Shown: positions 13,653 through 26,546 of the stretch, in pieces
Layout: the number at the start of each line of letters is the position of its first letter
Numbering within the stretch: position 1 is the stretch's first letter
Assembly (NCBI GenBank): GCA_028534125.1
Contig: CM052817.1
Location: forward strand, 76,324,001 to 76,388,000
Origin: Lama glama
Taxonomy: Eukaryota
Length of the DNA: 64,000 nt
Reading direction: 5' to 3'
Notes under the pieces: model-generated
What the model was told of the DNA's origin: nothing
What the model saw: only the letters and a program-made list of their open reading frames with translations
Databases searched by the model: none
Translations under genes and position numbers: made by a program

Positions 13653-13792
13653 CTGTATTTGTTTGCTGTGACAAATTACTACAGATTGGTGGTTTACAAC
13701 AGCAGAAATTTATTTTCTTACCATTCTGGAGGTCAGAATCTAAAATCAAAGTGTCAGCAGGGCTGTGATCCCTCCAAAGACTCTAGGGAATC
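13653..13792 (-). mobile_element. MaLR (MLT1-like) LTR fragment
   Basis: gctgtgacaaattactacagattggtggtttacaacagcagaaatttattttcttaccattctggaggtcagaatctaaaatcaaagtgtcagcagggctg is typical antisense MLT1. Confidence 0.75.
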
Positions 13793-14109
13793 GATTTGGG
13801 CATATGTAGATATGTGTTTCTTAATGCCTTTGTCTCATCTACACTGACCCAGATGTCCAGTAACATAGGTTTCACATAATTAAAATGCTGTTGTAGTGAG
13901 TTACTTTTTAATTTAAGAAACATATGTGTTGTTCAGGTCACCTTTAGAGTTATATTTAGGATTTTCAGTATTGAAAATCTTTCTCTAGTTTGTACTTAAC
14001 ATTGTAATTTACTTACATAGTTGATTCTGAAAAGTATGCTAAATATGTTTGCATAGCATTAGCAATTAATTTTGTGACATCCTTTCTATCATGAGTCTAT
14101 GTCTATTAA

Positions 14110-14335
14110 AATGATAATACAATAGCAGTTAATATGTGGAGCATGGACTATGTGCCAGATATTTTTCAATTGCTTTAAATTCATTATATTATTTACTTTT
14201 CATAGCAACTCTGTGTGGTAGATGTTACTATTATGTCCATTTGTAGGTGAAAGTTAAGAAGAGGAAGTAAAGTAAATACCAAAGGTCAACTATCTTGCAA
14301 GAGTTAGAATTGTGATTTGATCTCAAGTGAGGGCA
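14110..14335 (-). mobile_element. MIR SINE
   Basis: MIR core-like: catagcaactctgtgtggtagatgttactattatgtccatttgtaggtga...aaggtcaac. Confidence 0.7.
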
Positions 14336-14439
14336 AGTCTAGAGCACATGAAATTTTACATCACATATGTCAAATTTGGTCATGTGGTTTTACAACAGAA
14401 AAAAAAAATCCTTGGTTCACGTTACATTCATCTGGTGGA

Positions 14440-14650
14440 TCAAGCTTTGGCAAGTTATGACCCTCAGACCAAATTCTACATACCACTGTTTTTGTAAATA
14501 ACAGCCAAACCCATTTGTTTATGTATCATCTATAGCTGCTTTCCTGCTGGAATGGCAGAGTTGAGTAGTTGTGACTAAGACATTGTGGCCAGCAACACCT
14601 AAAATATTTACTAAAAAGTCCTTTTGCGAATAAGTCTATTAGTCACTGGT
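14440..14650 (+). mobile_element. MER58A-like hAT-Charlie non-autonomous DNA transposon
   Basis: ctgtttttgtaaataa...tatagctgctttc...ggcagagttgagtagttgtgac...cctaaaatatttact matches the MER58 consensus as I recall it. Confidence 0.75.
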
Positions 14651-14809
14651 TTAGATTATCATTATTATAATACAGTACAATTCACTTTCATATTATGAAA
14701 ACTTTTTTTTATAAAATCAGTCAAAAATAGTGAATATTTACAGATTATCATGATGGTTTCAATATTCTTTCAGATACTGTAGACTCACACTGTACTAAAA
14801 ACCTCATAA

Positions 14810-15487
14810 CTCAAGAGTCTTAATAGTGAAATTGAATTTGTAATTAAAAAAGTCCTATCAAGCAAAAGTCCTGTAGCATATGGCTTCATCGTGGAATTCT
14901 ATCAAATATATAAAGAAGAGCTAAGAACTATCTTTCTCAAACCATTCCAAAAAATTGCAGAAGATGAAACACCCTCAGATTTATTCTATGAAGCCACCGT
15001 TACCCTGATACCAAAACCTGACAAAGACACCACACACACACACACACACAAAATCATAGGCCAATATCTGTAATGAATATAGATGCAAAAAATCCTTAAC
15101 AAAATATTAGCAAATTGAATCCAACTCTATTCAAAAAGGGTCATTTGCCACAATCAAATGGGATTTATTCCAGGGTTGAAAGGGTGGTTCAATATTTGCA
15201 AATCAATCAATGTGATTTACCACATTAACAAAAGGGAGCATAAAAATTACATGATCATCTTAATAGACACCAAAAGCATTTGACAAAATTCAAACTCTAT
15301 TCATGATAAAAATTCTCCTCAAGTGGATATAGATGGAAAATATCTCAACATAAAGGCCATTTATGATAAACTGACAGCTAACATCATACTCAATGGTGAA
15401 AAGCTGAAAGTCTTTCCTCTAATATCAGGAACAAGACAAGGATGCCCATTTTCATCAATTCTATATAACATAATGTTGGAAGTCTTA
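14810..15487 (+). mobile_element. L1 ORF2 reverse-transcriptase fragment
   Basis: EFYQIYKEEL...[50 protein letters not shown]. Confidence 0.9.
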
Positions 15488-16124
15488 CGTACTGAAGTCT
15501 TGTCTGTGTTGTTTTGGCCAGGACTTTACAGTGTATCTTCCTTCCAAACTCTTGAATTTCCACAAGATTTGTTATATATTTTAGTATTTTCTTATAATCT
15601 TCTTCTTTTTCAAAATTTTCCTGGTAAAGTTAACATTTTATATTTCTACATAAAATTAAAAATGGTTTTTCAAGTCATAAAAAATAAAAAATCAATTTAT
15701 TATTAGAGAAATATTTTTGATTGGTATAAAAAACTGATACATATAAAATTGTTATTCCATTCTTACCATCCAAAACCAATATATTACTTGCAAATTTCTC
15801 CCCCTTTATAAATATATATGTATAATATATAATATAAATATAAATTTAATAAAATGTTTAACACCAATTTATGTATTACAATTATATATCTTATATTATA
15901 TACTTTATATACATACACACCCCCGCACACACATACATACACAGATATCAGATAGAAAACATAAAGAGGAATTGCTTCCTCTTCCCAGTATTGGTACTCT
16001 TTATTTCCTTCTCATATATTATTACATTGCCATTAGCAAAGTGGGTTTTTTAGTTTCGAAATGACAGGAAAAAAAATAGCCCCTCTCCTTAGACTCACTT
16101 AAAGTAGAATTTTTTAAAGTATAT

Positions 16125-16740
16125 AAATAGTAAACTTGAAGACATACTTACAGAAACTATCCAAAACAAGGGTAGATATATATTAAAAAATAAAAAAAGG
16201 ATCAGAGGAAATGAAGGAAGAAAAGACCATCAATGAATCACGGGACAACTTAAAGAATGTTACATATATATAACTGGAGTCCTTGAAAGAGGAATGGAGT
16301 GTCAGAAGAACTTTTTGAAAAAAAAAATGGCAAAAATAGTTCTGAATTCAAGAAACTCTCAAAATCATTCCAAGAATCATGAAGAAAGCTGCATCAAGAC
16401 ACATAATAATCAAATTGCTGTAAAACATTGATAAAAAGCCTTAAAAGCAGCCAGAGAAAAAAGACACATTATATAAACGGGAGCAAAGATAAGGATGACA
16501 GCAGAATTCTTCAAAGCAATGAATGTCATAAAGGATTTGGACAAAATGTTGAAAAACCCATCAATCTATAGAATTCTATATTCAGTGAAAATATCTTTCA
16601 ACAACAAAGGCAAGGTGAAGACGTTTAGGAGGCAGAAGGTGAAAAGAATTCCTCTCCAGCAGACTATCACTACAAGGAATGTTAAAGGATATCCTCCAAG
16701 GGGAAGAAAATGATACCAAGTAGAAATATTGATCAAAACA
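16125..16740 (+). mobile_element. Old L1 ORF1 fragment
   Basis: Degenerate ORF1: taactggagtccttgaa, cacataataatcaaattgctg, RILYSVKISFNNKGKVKTF. Confidence 0.7.
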
Positions 16741-17219
16741 AAAGAATGATGAACAGTAAAGTTTTATTGGAACATACACAGTATAAAAGCAGCAAAGAGA
16801 ATGAAGTGTCCACCAGAGATGACATTAAAAATTCTTTAGTGAAGGACTGTGAACAAAGAGTTATAATAAAGGACCATTGTGAGAGAAATACTGACCTAGA
16901 TTATGTGCAAAGCAAGGGGAATCGTGGTCACAAAAAAACTTTGTATATCTGGCAGAATTCAAGAGAGTCTCAAGAGTCCAAAAGAACTTGTTATTTTTTA
17001 GGGCTAGGAAAGATATTTAGAACTTTAAAAAATGTTCTGTGTATGAAACAGGAAATTTCTGTACCACTTCAGGTGATAGAAAAGCCATAAATCATCAACA
17101 GAATTAGAGAGGGAGTTATTTTTTCTCAAACAGAAAAAGTATGAAAGTAGGCCTTTCAGAGAGTTCGAGACTCTGAATCCTATTTTTTTCTCTGAAATAC
17201 TTATCATTTGACTTATTTT

Positions 17220-17480
17220 TCCCCTGTGGCCTCATGGTGGCAATGCAGCTCCAAGAACATTTGTAATTCAGGTAGAAAGAAAGCATGAGAAAAATGTGAC
17301 TGGTTTCTTCTCCTCATGGAGAAAAATCTTCTTCAGAGACTTCTTCCTACATCACATGGCAAGAATGTATATGTCGCCACTTCTAGCTGAAAAGGAGGCT
17401 TAAAGTCCATTATTTCAGCCTTCTAGAATCCATATAAGAGGAAGGCAAAGGAGAAGGAAATTTTGGATGACTTCATGTGA
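17220..17480 (-). mobile_element. Old MLT1-like MaLR LTR fragment
   Basis: cctcatggtggcaatgcagctccaag...gacttcttcctacatcacatggcaagaatg...cacttctagctgaaaaggaggct. Confidence 0.5.
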
Positions 17481-17868
17481 CTTTATAAGAGCCCACAAAG
17501 TAAAACTCTAACCCTGAAACAAAGAAGCTGAAAATGTAAGATCAGAGAAGAAACAGAGAATTCAAAAGGAATAGAGTGATCATTAAAAATTACTTTATAA
17601 TATTCTATTAGGCATTCTACAATCCTGCAATAAATTGCACAAATGTACTAAAAATGTTATTAAAATTTATTTTGTAAAATAATTATAGCTATATACTATG
17701 TAAGAATTTTTTTAATCCACAAAATTATCATTTTCTGCAAGAAGCAATCTGTGGGAAACCATTATTTTCTGCAGGAAGTAACCTGTAAGGACACGCTAAA
17801 GAATAAAATTATGAATAGTATTTAGTCTATAGCTCCATTATTTAGGAAGAAGTAAAGTTAAACACACC

Positions 17869-17940
17869 CTCTCTCTCTCTCTCTCTCTCTCCCTCTCTCT
17901 CTCTCTCTATCTCTCTTTTCTCTCTCTCTCACACACACAC
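17869..17940. repeat. (CT)n(CA)n compound microsatellite
   Basis: Directly visible. Confidence 0.95.
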
Positions 17941-18279
17941 CCCCAATCACCCATTGCCACGAAGTAAAAAAACATTTCACCAGAAATGAGAGAAAATTCT
18001 CACTACTATAGTCTTATGTCTTCCATTCTTCACATGAAGCAGCTACCAATTGCTGGTCTGGTAGGAACAGTCTTAGTCAAAAATTATTAATAAATCAAAG
18101 GAACCAGCACAGAATCATGCAAATGATGGTGCATAATTTAAAAAGAAAAGATAAAGGGACAGTGCAATCAAACTGATGGCAAAGAACACTTTGCAAGAAT
18201 ATGACAGTAAAGCAATTAAAAGTCAAGATAAAAATTGATTTAATATTTATTTAAATATTCTAGAATTCAAGGCTTAGAT

Positions 18280-19000
18280 ATAAGAATTCAGGGAAGATAT
18301 GATGGGTGGATAGATAAGACAAAATTTTAGCTTTCAGAATTCAACAAAGAAAATAAAGAGAAAATAATCAGCACAGAAAAGCCAAACTTCATAGAGATAC
18401 TAAAAAATGCAGAATGGCTGTAGCTAAAAAAAAAAAAAGTAAGGGATAAAAGACAACAAAAATGGAATCCAAAATAACTTGTGAAAAAGAATATAGGAAA
18501 AAAATAAAGAGAACAAATAAAGGAGAATATGCACTTATACTGAACATCCATCAAGAGGAAAATAAAGTAAAAGCATCTAAAAGTTTTTTCTCAAGCAAAC
18601 TTTTGAGGAGTTAATCAATATGCTGAAAGAGTTCACATCGTATTGTGAAATATATGGATCTTTTAGCATTGACACAGGTCTTAGGAAAGTTCCTGGGTTT
18701 CAGAGAGAATGAAAAATTCCTTGAAGTATTCAAGCAGAAAGATTCAAGCACCCATAAACAGTGCTGATATTCCACTTCTACAGCCTGGGGCAGCCTCACT
18801 GTGCTTGGCCAAGAGCCTTTTCTGATTGATTGGTGACTGGGCCATTTTAGTTACTCAATAATTGAGTATCACCTCTGTACATATAGAGGGAAGAATATTA
18901 GGAGTGAGAATTCTCTACTGCAATATCAGATACTTCAAAGCAATAGAGCAATATGAAGTTCAAAGGGAATTTAGAAGAGAAAAAAATAATTAATAAAAAG
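18280..19000 (+). mobile_element. Very old L1/HAL1 ORF1-like fragment
   Basis: A-rich degenerate ORF1-like sequence (tgctgaaagagttcacatcg, aaattccttgaagtattcaagcag, ttctctactgcaatatcagatacttcaaagcaatagagcaat). Confidence 0.45.
18759..18877 (-). mobile_element. Small hAT MITE (MER105-like) inserted in old L1
   Basis: Imperfect terminal inverted repeats cagtgctgatattc / gagtatcacctctg (11 of 14 match); internal ttctgattgattgg. Confidence 0.5.
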
Positions 19001-19789
19001 GCAGGGATAAATGATTAAATCAGGAAGTACTGGATGTAAAAACAGAAAGACACTAACACTCCCAGGTACACTTACGATTTTGGTCTTTAAATTTTCTAAC
19101 ATGTAGATATAATTCATTTAAGAAGGAAAAGTGAAGAACATTCAAATTTGTGAACTAATAAATAAAATTCTGGAAATAACAGAACATTCAGTGAAAGTTT
19201 TAAAATAATCCTAAGAGAGATTTTTGTATGTGCTATATAAAGACACTTAATAGAGGATTTACAGGAAACTATAGACTAAAAATATTGACCAAAGAAGAGT
19301 ACAAAGTCCTAAATGAATCTTTTTGGTCATTGAATAAATAGAAAAATGTTTTCAAGTTTCCTTTCTTTGAAAGCTTTGAAAGCATGAATTTCAAAATTTC
19401 ACCTTTAACTTCTACCAAAACTGTAAGTAAATCATTATTCCAGTGCCATTTCAAATATGTTGGATTATAGAGAAGGAAAAATAAAACCAAAAGTCTTTGA
19501 AATTCACTTCAAGTCTTTATCAAAATGCTGACCACAGACTTGGAGTACTCTTTCATGGTCACAGAAGATTACAGACCAGTCCTCCTCCTCCATATCTGAG
19601 GATAACAGTGATGGGTCAATGTTAATAACTGTCAATAAAATTTGCAATAGTGACAAAGAGGGAAAAGGTTTGACTACCCATCCATTTAGGCTGAAATGGT
19701 CTAGGATAAAATCAACATCTGTTTTTGTTCAAAATAAACATACTTAAAACCCAGATGGATATTAGATTAATTTTTTTCTCACAACCTAC

Positions 19790-20397
19790 AATTTAATCTG
19801 TCCACAAATCGTGTCAGCTTCTTATCATATCTCCTGCTTTTCCCATAGTCCAAATCGATAACACATCTTTCCTGGTTATTGCAAGAGGCTCCTACTTAAT
19901 AGTTTCCTTATTTGAAATATTGTTTTCCTGGGGTCTATTATCAAAACTGTAGTCAGATCAGACTCACTCCTCTGCTCAAATCCTCCAGTAATTTTCCATC
20001 TCATTCGCACTCTCCAACATCCAAAATCAAGACTCAAAGCCCTAAGCAACTCTCTACTCTGACTCTCTGACCTCACCTCTCACTCTCCCTGCCTCATCTG
20101 TTGTGCCTTCGCCACCCGTCAGCCATCTTTAATTTCAGACAACAAGAATGCTCTGTCTCAGGGACTGGGCTCTTGCATCCCCCTCACCTGGAGTTCTTCC
20201 CCCCAAAAACCATGTCATGCTTTCACTTTTGTTTCCAAAAGCACCAATAGGATTTCTCTATTTCTCTTTATAAAATAGAAATCTTACAATATCTGTGATC
20301 ATTTTTTTTTGTACACTGTCATATCTCCAGCACTGGCAAACTGAATGGAGCATATTGATATCTAATAAATATCTTTAGTGAATAAATGAATGAATAA
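19790..20397 (+). mobile_element. L2 LINE 3' end
   Basis: gtcagatcagactcactcctctgctcaaatcctccag..., ending in the L2 tail aataaatat...tgaataaatgaatgaat. Confidence 0.75.
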
Positions 20398-21219
20398 GTA
20401 AAATAATGAGGAGTATCTTTATGTATTGATACAAAAAGTTGTAAATCCTTATCTTATTGTTCAATCCAAAATATTTTGTAAAGTTATAAGTGCAGTATAA
20501 GACTATTTTGGTAAAAGTATACATAAATGTGCCAGCATGTAAATATACATACTGTAAATTTTATATTGTGTCTATATTACCTGTCACAAATACCTAGACA
20601 CATAGAGGCACCCTTATGTAAGTTAATTTTAAGATAAATAAGAAATGAAGAAGAAGGAAGGAAGGAAGGAAGAAATCAATCTCTAAAGACATACAAGCCA
20701 ATACAAACTGTAAAGAGTAATGATTCCTGGTGGATAGGATTTGATGTGTGTTTGTATGTGGGCATGTGTAGGCTGTAATGATAGAATATTATAGATTTTT
20801 TTACTTCCTAATTTGCATTATTCTCTATTGGTTTTAATTTTTAATAATAATTTAAAATTTTAATTGTAATACAGTTAAGACATTACTGACAACGTTGGAA
20901 ACCAATGTTTCCAATTAAATTTAACATTAGGTGTATTCTTGGCCCTTACTTTAAAACAGATATTCTTATTAAATTAACAAATATATTTAATTTTGAACAT
21001 TTATTTAAAATAGAAATTGTTGTTGAGTTTTACCAAATATTGTCAGCCTATTTCAGAATGATGCCAGATGTTTTTCAAAATATGCTATCTTCTTGGGACA
21101 GAAACATACTAATAATGTTAGATGTAGAAGAATTAATATCAGCTATGACATGTAACAAATAGAGAAGAGATTTGTTTTTTAAAAATGAAAATCTGGAAAG
21201 AGTTTGGGAAGAGTTCCCT

Positions 21220-21470
21220 AAATGTAGGTTTTTGCTTTGATTCTGGAACCAGACCACCCTAGATCAGATCTAACCTCTGTTCTTTATTACTCTGTGATTT
21301 TATGTTACTTCATCTCTTTCTGCCTCAGTTACCTTGTTTGTAAAATGAAAATTATAATAATTTGTATATACTTTTATATACTTTATATTTACTATATTAT
21401 TTTATGTACTTTATATAGTTCTATTATAGAATTATAACAACACCTATTACGGATTGAATGAAGCAATATA
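21220..21470 (+). mobile_element. MIR SINE (interrupted by MLT1, resumes ~21980-22010)
   Basis: ctctttctgcctcagttaccttgtttgtaaaatgaaaattataata; resumes as gatatgtaaaacagtgaacacagt. Confidence 0.65.
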
Positions 21471-21472
21471 TG

Positions 21473-21978
21473 TGTGGCAGATATTGTTGGATGATCACTA
21501 CATGTCCTCTATCCATTCTTCCATTTTCTCCTTAGCAGAGAAGAACTCCAGTTTGGATGGAAGCAGCAATGTGCCAGCTCAAGGAACCCTTCCTAGATGC
21601 TCTTGAGGAGCATGGTGACTAAGTGATGCAGATCTGACTGACAGCAAAAACCGCTGGACACTGACTCATTCCCAGAAGCCCATAAAGGTTAGTTGGGGTT
21701 AGGGTTGTAGATTCATCTGGCAAGCACTATCATTGATTTTTCTTCCCTGTTCTTCTACTTAGACTATTGCTATGATATCTACAGGACAAATGACTTCTGA
21801 GGGTCATAGGATAAGTGTCAAGCCTTAAGAACAATGGAGCAGATAAAGAAAGACTCTGAATACTGATACTATTGTAGCGCTCACTGAACAAGTGTGGGGT
21901 TTTCTCTTGTGTCCTTTAGGGAGCTTAAACCATTCCAGATTGGGTTCTCAGGTGTGCAACTGAACCAGTCCTAAACAG
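21473..21978 (+). mobile_element. Old MLT1 (J/K-like) MaLR LTR
   Basis: Starts tgtggcagata; contains ggaagcagcaatgtgccagct; ends tgcaactgaaccagtcctaaaca. Confidence 0.6.
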
Positions 21979-24900
21979 GTATGATATGTAAAACAGTGAA
22001 CACAGTCACTGCTTTCTCACATTCCCTTTAAAGTGTTAACTCCTAACAAGTTTGAAAATGTCCATACAGATGAACTTAGGGTTTTTTTTTTCTTAGACAC
22101 TTGGCTGCATAAAATGACAGAAGTGATTGGTATGAAACTATATGATGCTACATTTCCCAAACAGTAAAGAAGGTAAAATAAGTTAATAAAGAAATAATTT
22201 CTAATAACCTTTATATGTAATAGTTATGTAGTTAAATAATGACAACACAGTTAAAACCCAAATAGCATTACTATCAAGAATTCTAATGATCTGTATTAAC
22301 ATTTCCATTTATTACTGGGCAAAGAGGGTATGCCTTTTTATTTTGAACTCTATGCAATGTTTAGATTATATGGTTTTTAATCTGTTAGTTCTTAAGTGTG
22401 TATCTTCTATTCTGTATACACAGCCATGTGGATAGTGGGTTAAGGTCACGGATGCTAACGGGTAGCATCTCTGATGGATTGCTTGGTACAACTTCCCTGG
22501 TGGGCCTGCTTTATACTGAGTAGTCAGCTTGCTTCTGGCACCACTGATCCATGTATTTCAACTATCTTCATGATTGATACCACTTACCACAGTAAAGACA
22601 GTCTGTGTTGAGCTGAATTAATCATTATGACAGCAAGACCCTTGTCCTCTGTCCATTTTCTGTCAGTACATTACCCTGATTTTTCCTTTCTAAGCAGTTC
22701 ACAATTGTGTTACTATCTCATAGAACAAGAAGAATTCTTTTAGAGACAATTTCCATCAAGAACAAAACAGAACATTAGAAAGTATTTCTAGATATTGGAA
22801 TTGAAGAAATGAATCCCTGTTAATTTCATTGATATCTATTTGATTTTGGAAATGCATTTATCAAACTGATAACTAATCATATGTGTAAAAAGTGCTGGCA
22901 GTGCTATGTCAGCATTATGTACTGTTTTTCTTTTGATAATGGCTTTTATTTTCCTGGTAAGGAAAACTCATAAAGACATTATACTCTTTGTTCCATTACT
23001 AATGGTTAACAAAAATAAAGCACTCTGAACTACTCAATAGTTTTATGAAGCACAGCACAAAGATGGGTTTATCTTTGTCATTCAGGCAGTTAAGAGTATA
23101 GAGTAATCAAGCAGGTACAGAGTTGCACAATTCTGCCTAATTTTACCACTAATCCTTTTTCAGTAATCTGAATAATTGCCTTCATTTAAATTTCTCTAAG
23201 AGTTCAGAGACATAGTGCCTTTCAGCCTGAAGACACATACGCCTGACACTAGAAAGAGGGAAATTGGGCTCTAATTTGCTTTTATGTACCTTAAACCTCA
23301 TTTCCCATGTCTGCAATAGGCAATGTAGGTGATAGAGTGGCAAATGATTCGATTACAAAATAGATAGCAAATTCTCAGGCAATTAAATATTATTTAACAA
23401 TAAAGGTTACAAGCAGGGATATAAACACAAATTGTCTTTTGTTGCTGAAATCAATGTGACCTTGAAGAGAGACCTTATATACAGAATAGGTCCAGAGTTC
23501 AGATTTAAAAAAAAAAAGTGTTAAACAGACCATTTTTATTTGTAACACACATTTTCTAATGTCTTTGTAATTTTAAACTGAGATACCAAATTTCAAAATC
23601 TACCCTTTGCATAAATATCTAAAATAGCTATAGAATGATTTTGTTTTAGCAATCAATATCAGACACGAAATGAAGAAGCTAAACTGAGCAACAAGGCAGA
23701 TGCTGAGTTGCTAACCACTCATATTGAGATGAACTTGTCCATTTAATTTTAAAGTTCTGTAATAAGATATTTTTCATTTAAAATGTCATCATGTATATGA
23801 TGTTGTATCATTTTTCCAGAAAAGAAAAAGTAACTTAGACCATGAAAATGGAATCTTGTGTGTATTAGTTTCTGAAGGGGTTATTTTAGCCTAACTGCTC
23901 CCATTTCAAAATTTTCATGTAGGGAGATTTTAATCGTTTTCATTATCCATTTCTGCATGGGATTTATTTTGATTGGCAAAAGACTCAAAATTGCTTGGTA
24001 CAATCTTTATAGCTCTTCCTCCATCCCCATCCCTGCCACTAGTCTTTTTTTCTCAGTGGAGCTATTATTTCTATTATCCATCCTAGTCTGGAGCAATTTG
24101 TCATCACGTATGCTTTAAGGATTCACAGGTATAAAATTGACTGTTTCCCATAAGAATGGAAATTTTATTTTCCTGATATTCTTTCATCAATTTGAAGAAT
24201 ATGTGATCTTCAAAGGGCGAAAGGATGAGAGAACAGAGTCTCAATAGAGACAGTTCTGCCTGCCAGTACAGCACATTCTTTAAAGTGAAAGTGGTGGTAC
24301 CTGATCACCTTTTCTGAATGATCATTGGTATCTTATGGGGCATGCTAAAATAAACATTTTCACTTTATCATCATCATAGTGATGTGATTCATGGTAATAT
24401 ATGTGAACTATATATGTTTTATAAGAATAATTTTCATGTAATTCTGTGCAGCCATGCAGAGAAATTTGGTAGCTCTCTTTCTGTCTATGAAGAATTATCA
24501 AGTAAGTTAGAGTTAAAAATATATGTGGACAATGAATCTTTAAAACCACATTGAAAATGTTTCTTCTATGAATAGCACTACTCATCAAATTGAATATAAT
24601 CTATTGACTTGTGTTCAGAATATATTTAGATTCGCTAAATATGTATATAATGCAAAACATTCCTACTGTTAATACCCAAAAGCAATGAAAAATGTATAAC
24701 ATTATGTAAATCAAACTACTAAGATCAACTTATTCTTTAAAGGTAATACTTCATGAATTTAATAGCTTGTATATAAGTTAATCTTTTGATATTTTACTGA
24801 TAAAGTCTTCCAATTGATTAATCCATAACCACTTAGCCTTTAAAAAATGCAAAATTATACAAGAATAAAGCTAGAGTATCTTACAAATAAAATATTTAGA

Positions 24901-25067
24901 AAAAAATATATCTACAGTGAGAATCATTATTTCATATTAATAATACTAGCATCATGTAGCTTTTGTTAATATTCTATGCTTCATTTTGGTTTTGTTTTCT
25001 TTGTTTTAAATATAAAGATATATTTAATGTTTATTAATTATAAATGCCATTTAAAAGATAATGGAAA

Positions 25068-26546
25068 CTTCAGACAATACTACAGAGCTTCAGTAATTGA
25101 GACAGCATAGTATTGGTATAAAAAATGGACATATGGATCAATGGAACAGGATGGAGAGCCCAGAAATAAACCCACAAATTTTTGGTTGGTAAATCTTTGA
25201 CAAAGGAGACAAGAACTTATAGTGGAATAAAGACAGTGTCTTCAATAAATGGGAAAACTAGACAGCTGCATATAAATCAATGAAGTCAGAACACTCCTTC
25301 ACACCATACAGAAAAATAAACACAAAATAGCTTAAAGACTTAAACATAAGACGAGACACTATAAACCTCTTAGAATAAAACATAGCAAAACATTATCTGA
25401 CATAAATCTTAGCAATGTTCTCCTAGAGCAATCTACCCAGGCAATAGAAATAAAAGCAAAAACAAACAAATGGGACCTAATTAAATTTATAAGCTTTTTC
25501 ACAGCAAAGGAAACCATAAACAAAACAAAATGAAAACCCACAAAATGGGAGAAAATATTTGCAGAAGATGAGACTGACAAGGGCTTAATTTCCAGAATAT
25601 ATAAACAGCTCATAACAACTTAGTAATAAAAAACAAACAACCCAATCCAAAATTGGGCAGATGACCTAAACAAGCAATTCTCCAGTGATGACATACAAAT
25701 GGCCAATAGGCACCTGAAAAAATGCTCAATATCGTGAATTATCAGAGAAATGCAAATCAAAACTACAATGAGGTACTGCCTCACACCAGTCAGAATGGCT
25801 GTCATTCAAAAGTCCACAAATGATAAATGCTGGGAGGCTGTGAAGAGAAGGGAACCCTCCTACATTGTTGATGTGCAGCTGTTATGGAGAACAGTGTGGA
25901 GATTTCTCAAAAGAAATTCAGAAAGATACATGCACTCCAATGTTCATGGCAGTGCTATTTAAAACGGCCAGGACATGGAGACAGCCTAAATGTCCATTGA
26001 CAGATGACTGGATAAAGAAGTTGTGGTATATTTATGCAATGGGATACTACTCAGCCATAAAAAATAATAAAATAATACTACTTGCAGCAACATGGATGGA
26101 TCTAGAGATTGTCATTCTAAGTGAAGTAAGCCTGGAAGAGAAAGAAAAATACCATGTGATATCACTTTTATGTGAAATCTAAAACAAACAAACAAACAAA
26201 AGACAAGTTTATTTACAAAACAGAAACAGACTCACAGCCATAGAAAACAAACTTATGGTTACAGAGGGGAAGCAGGTAGGAAGGGATAAACTGGGAGTTC
26301 AAGATTTGCAGATACTAACTAATATATATAAACATAAATATAATATATATAAAATAGATAAACAACATGTTTATACTGTATAGCACAGGAAATTATATTC
26401 AATATCTTGTAGTAACTTATGGTAAAAAAGAATATGGAAGTGAATATATGTATGTTCGGGTATGATTGAAGCATTATACTATACATCAGAAATTGAAACA
26501 ACGTTGTAAACTGACTATACTTCAATAAAATTATACATTTACAGAA
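25068..26546 (+). mobile_element. 5'-truncated L1 (ORF2 3' portion plus 3' UTR) with degenerate TSD
   Basis: ORF2 C-terminal motifs ([28 protein letters not shown]...WIKKLWYIY); 3' UTR ending cttcaataaaa. TSD aaaagataatggaaa (25053-25067) / aaaggataaaggaaa (26547-26561) after a tt/aaaa endonuclease site. Confidence 0.9.

Noticed and set aside
22410..22660. GC-richer patch after a possible splice acceptor (tatacacag), a possible exon
   Set aside because: No recognisable peptide in the frames I translated and no convincing donor site.
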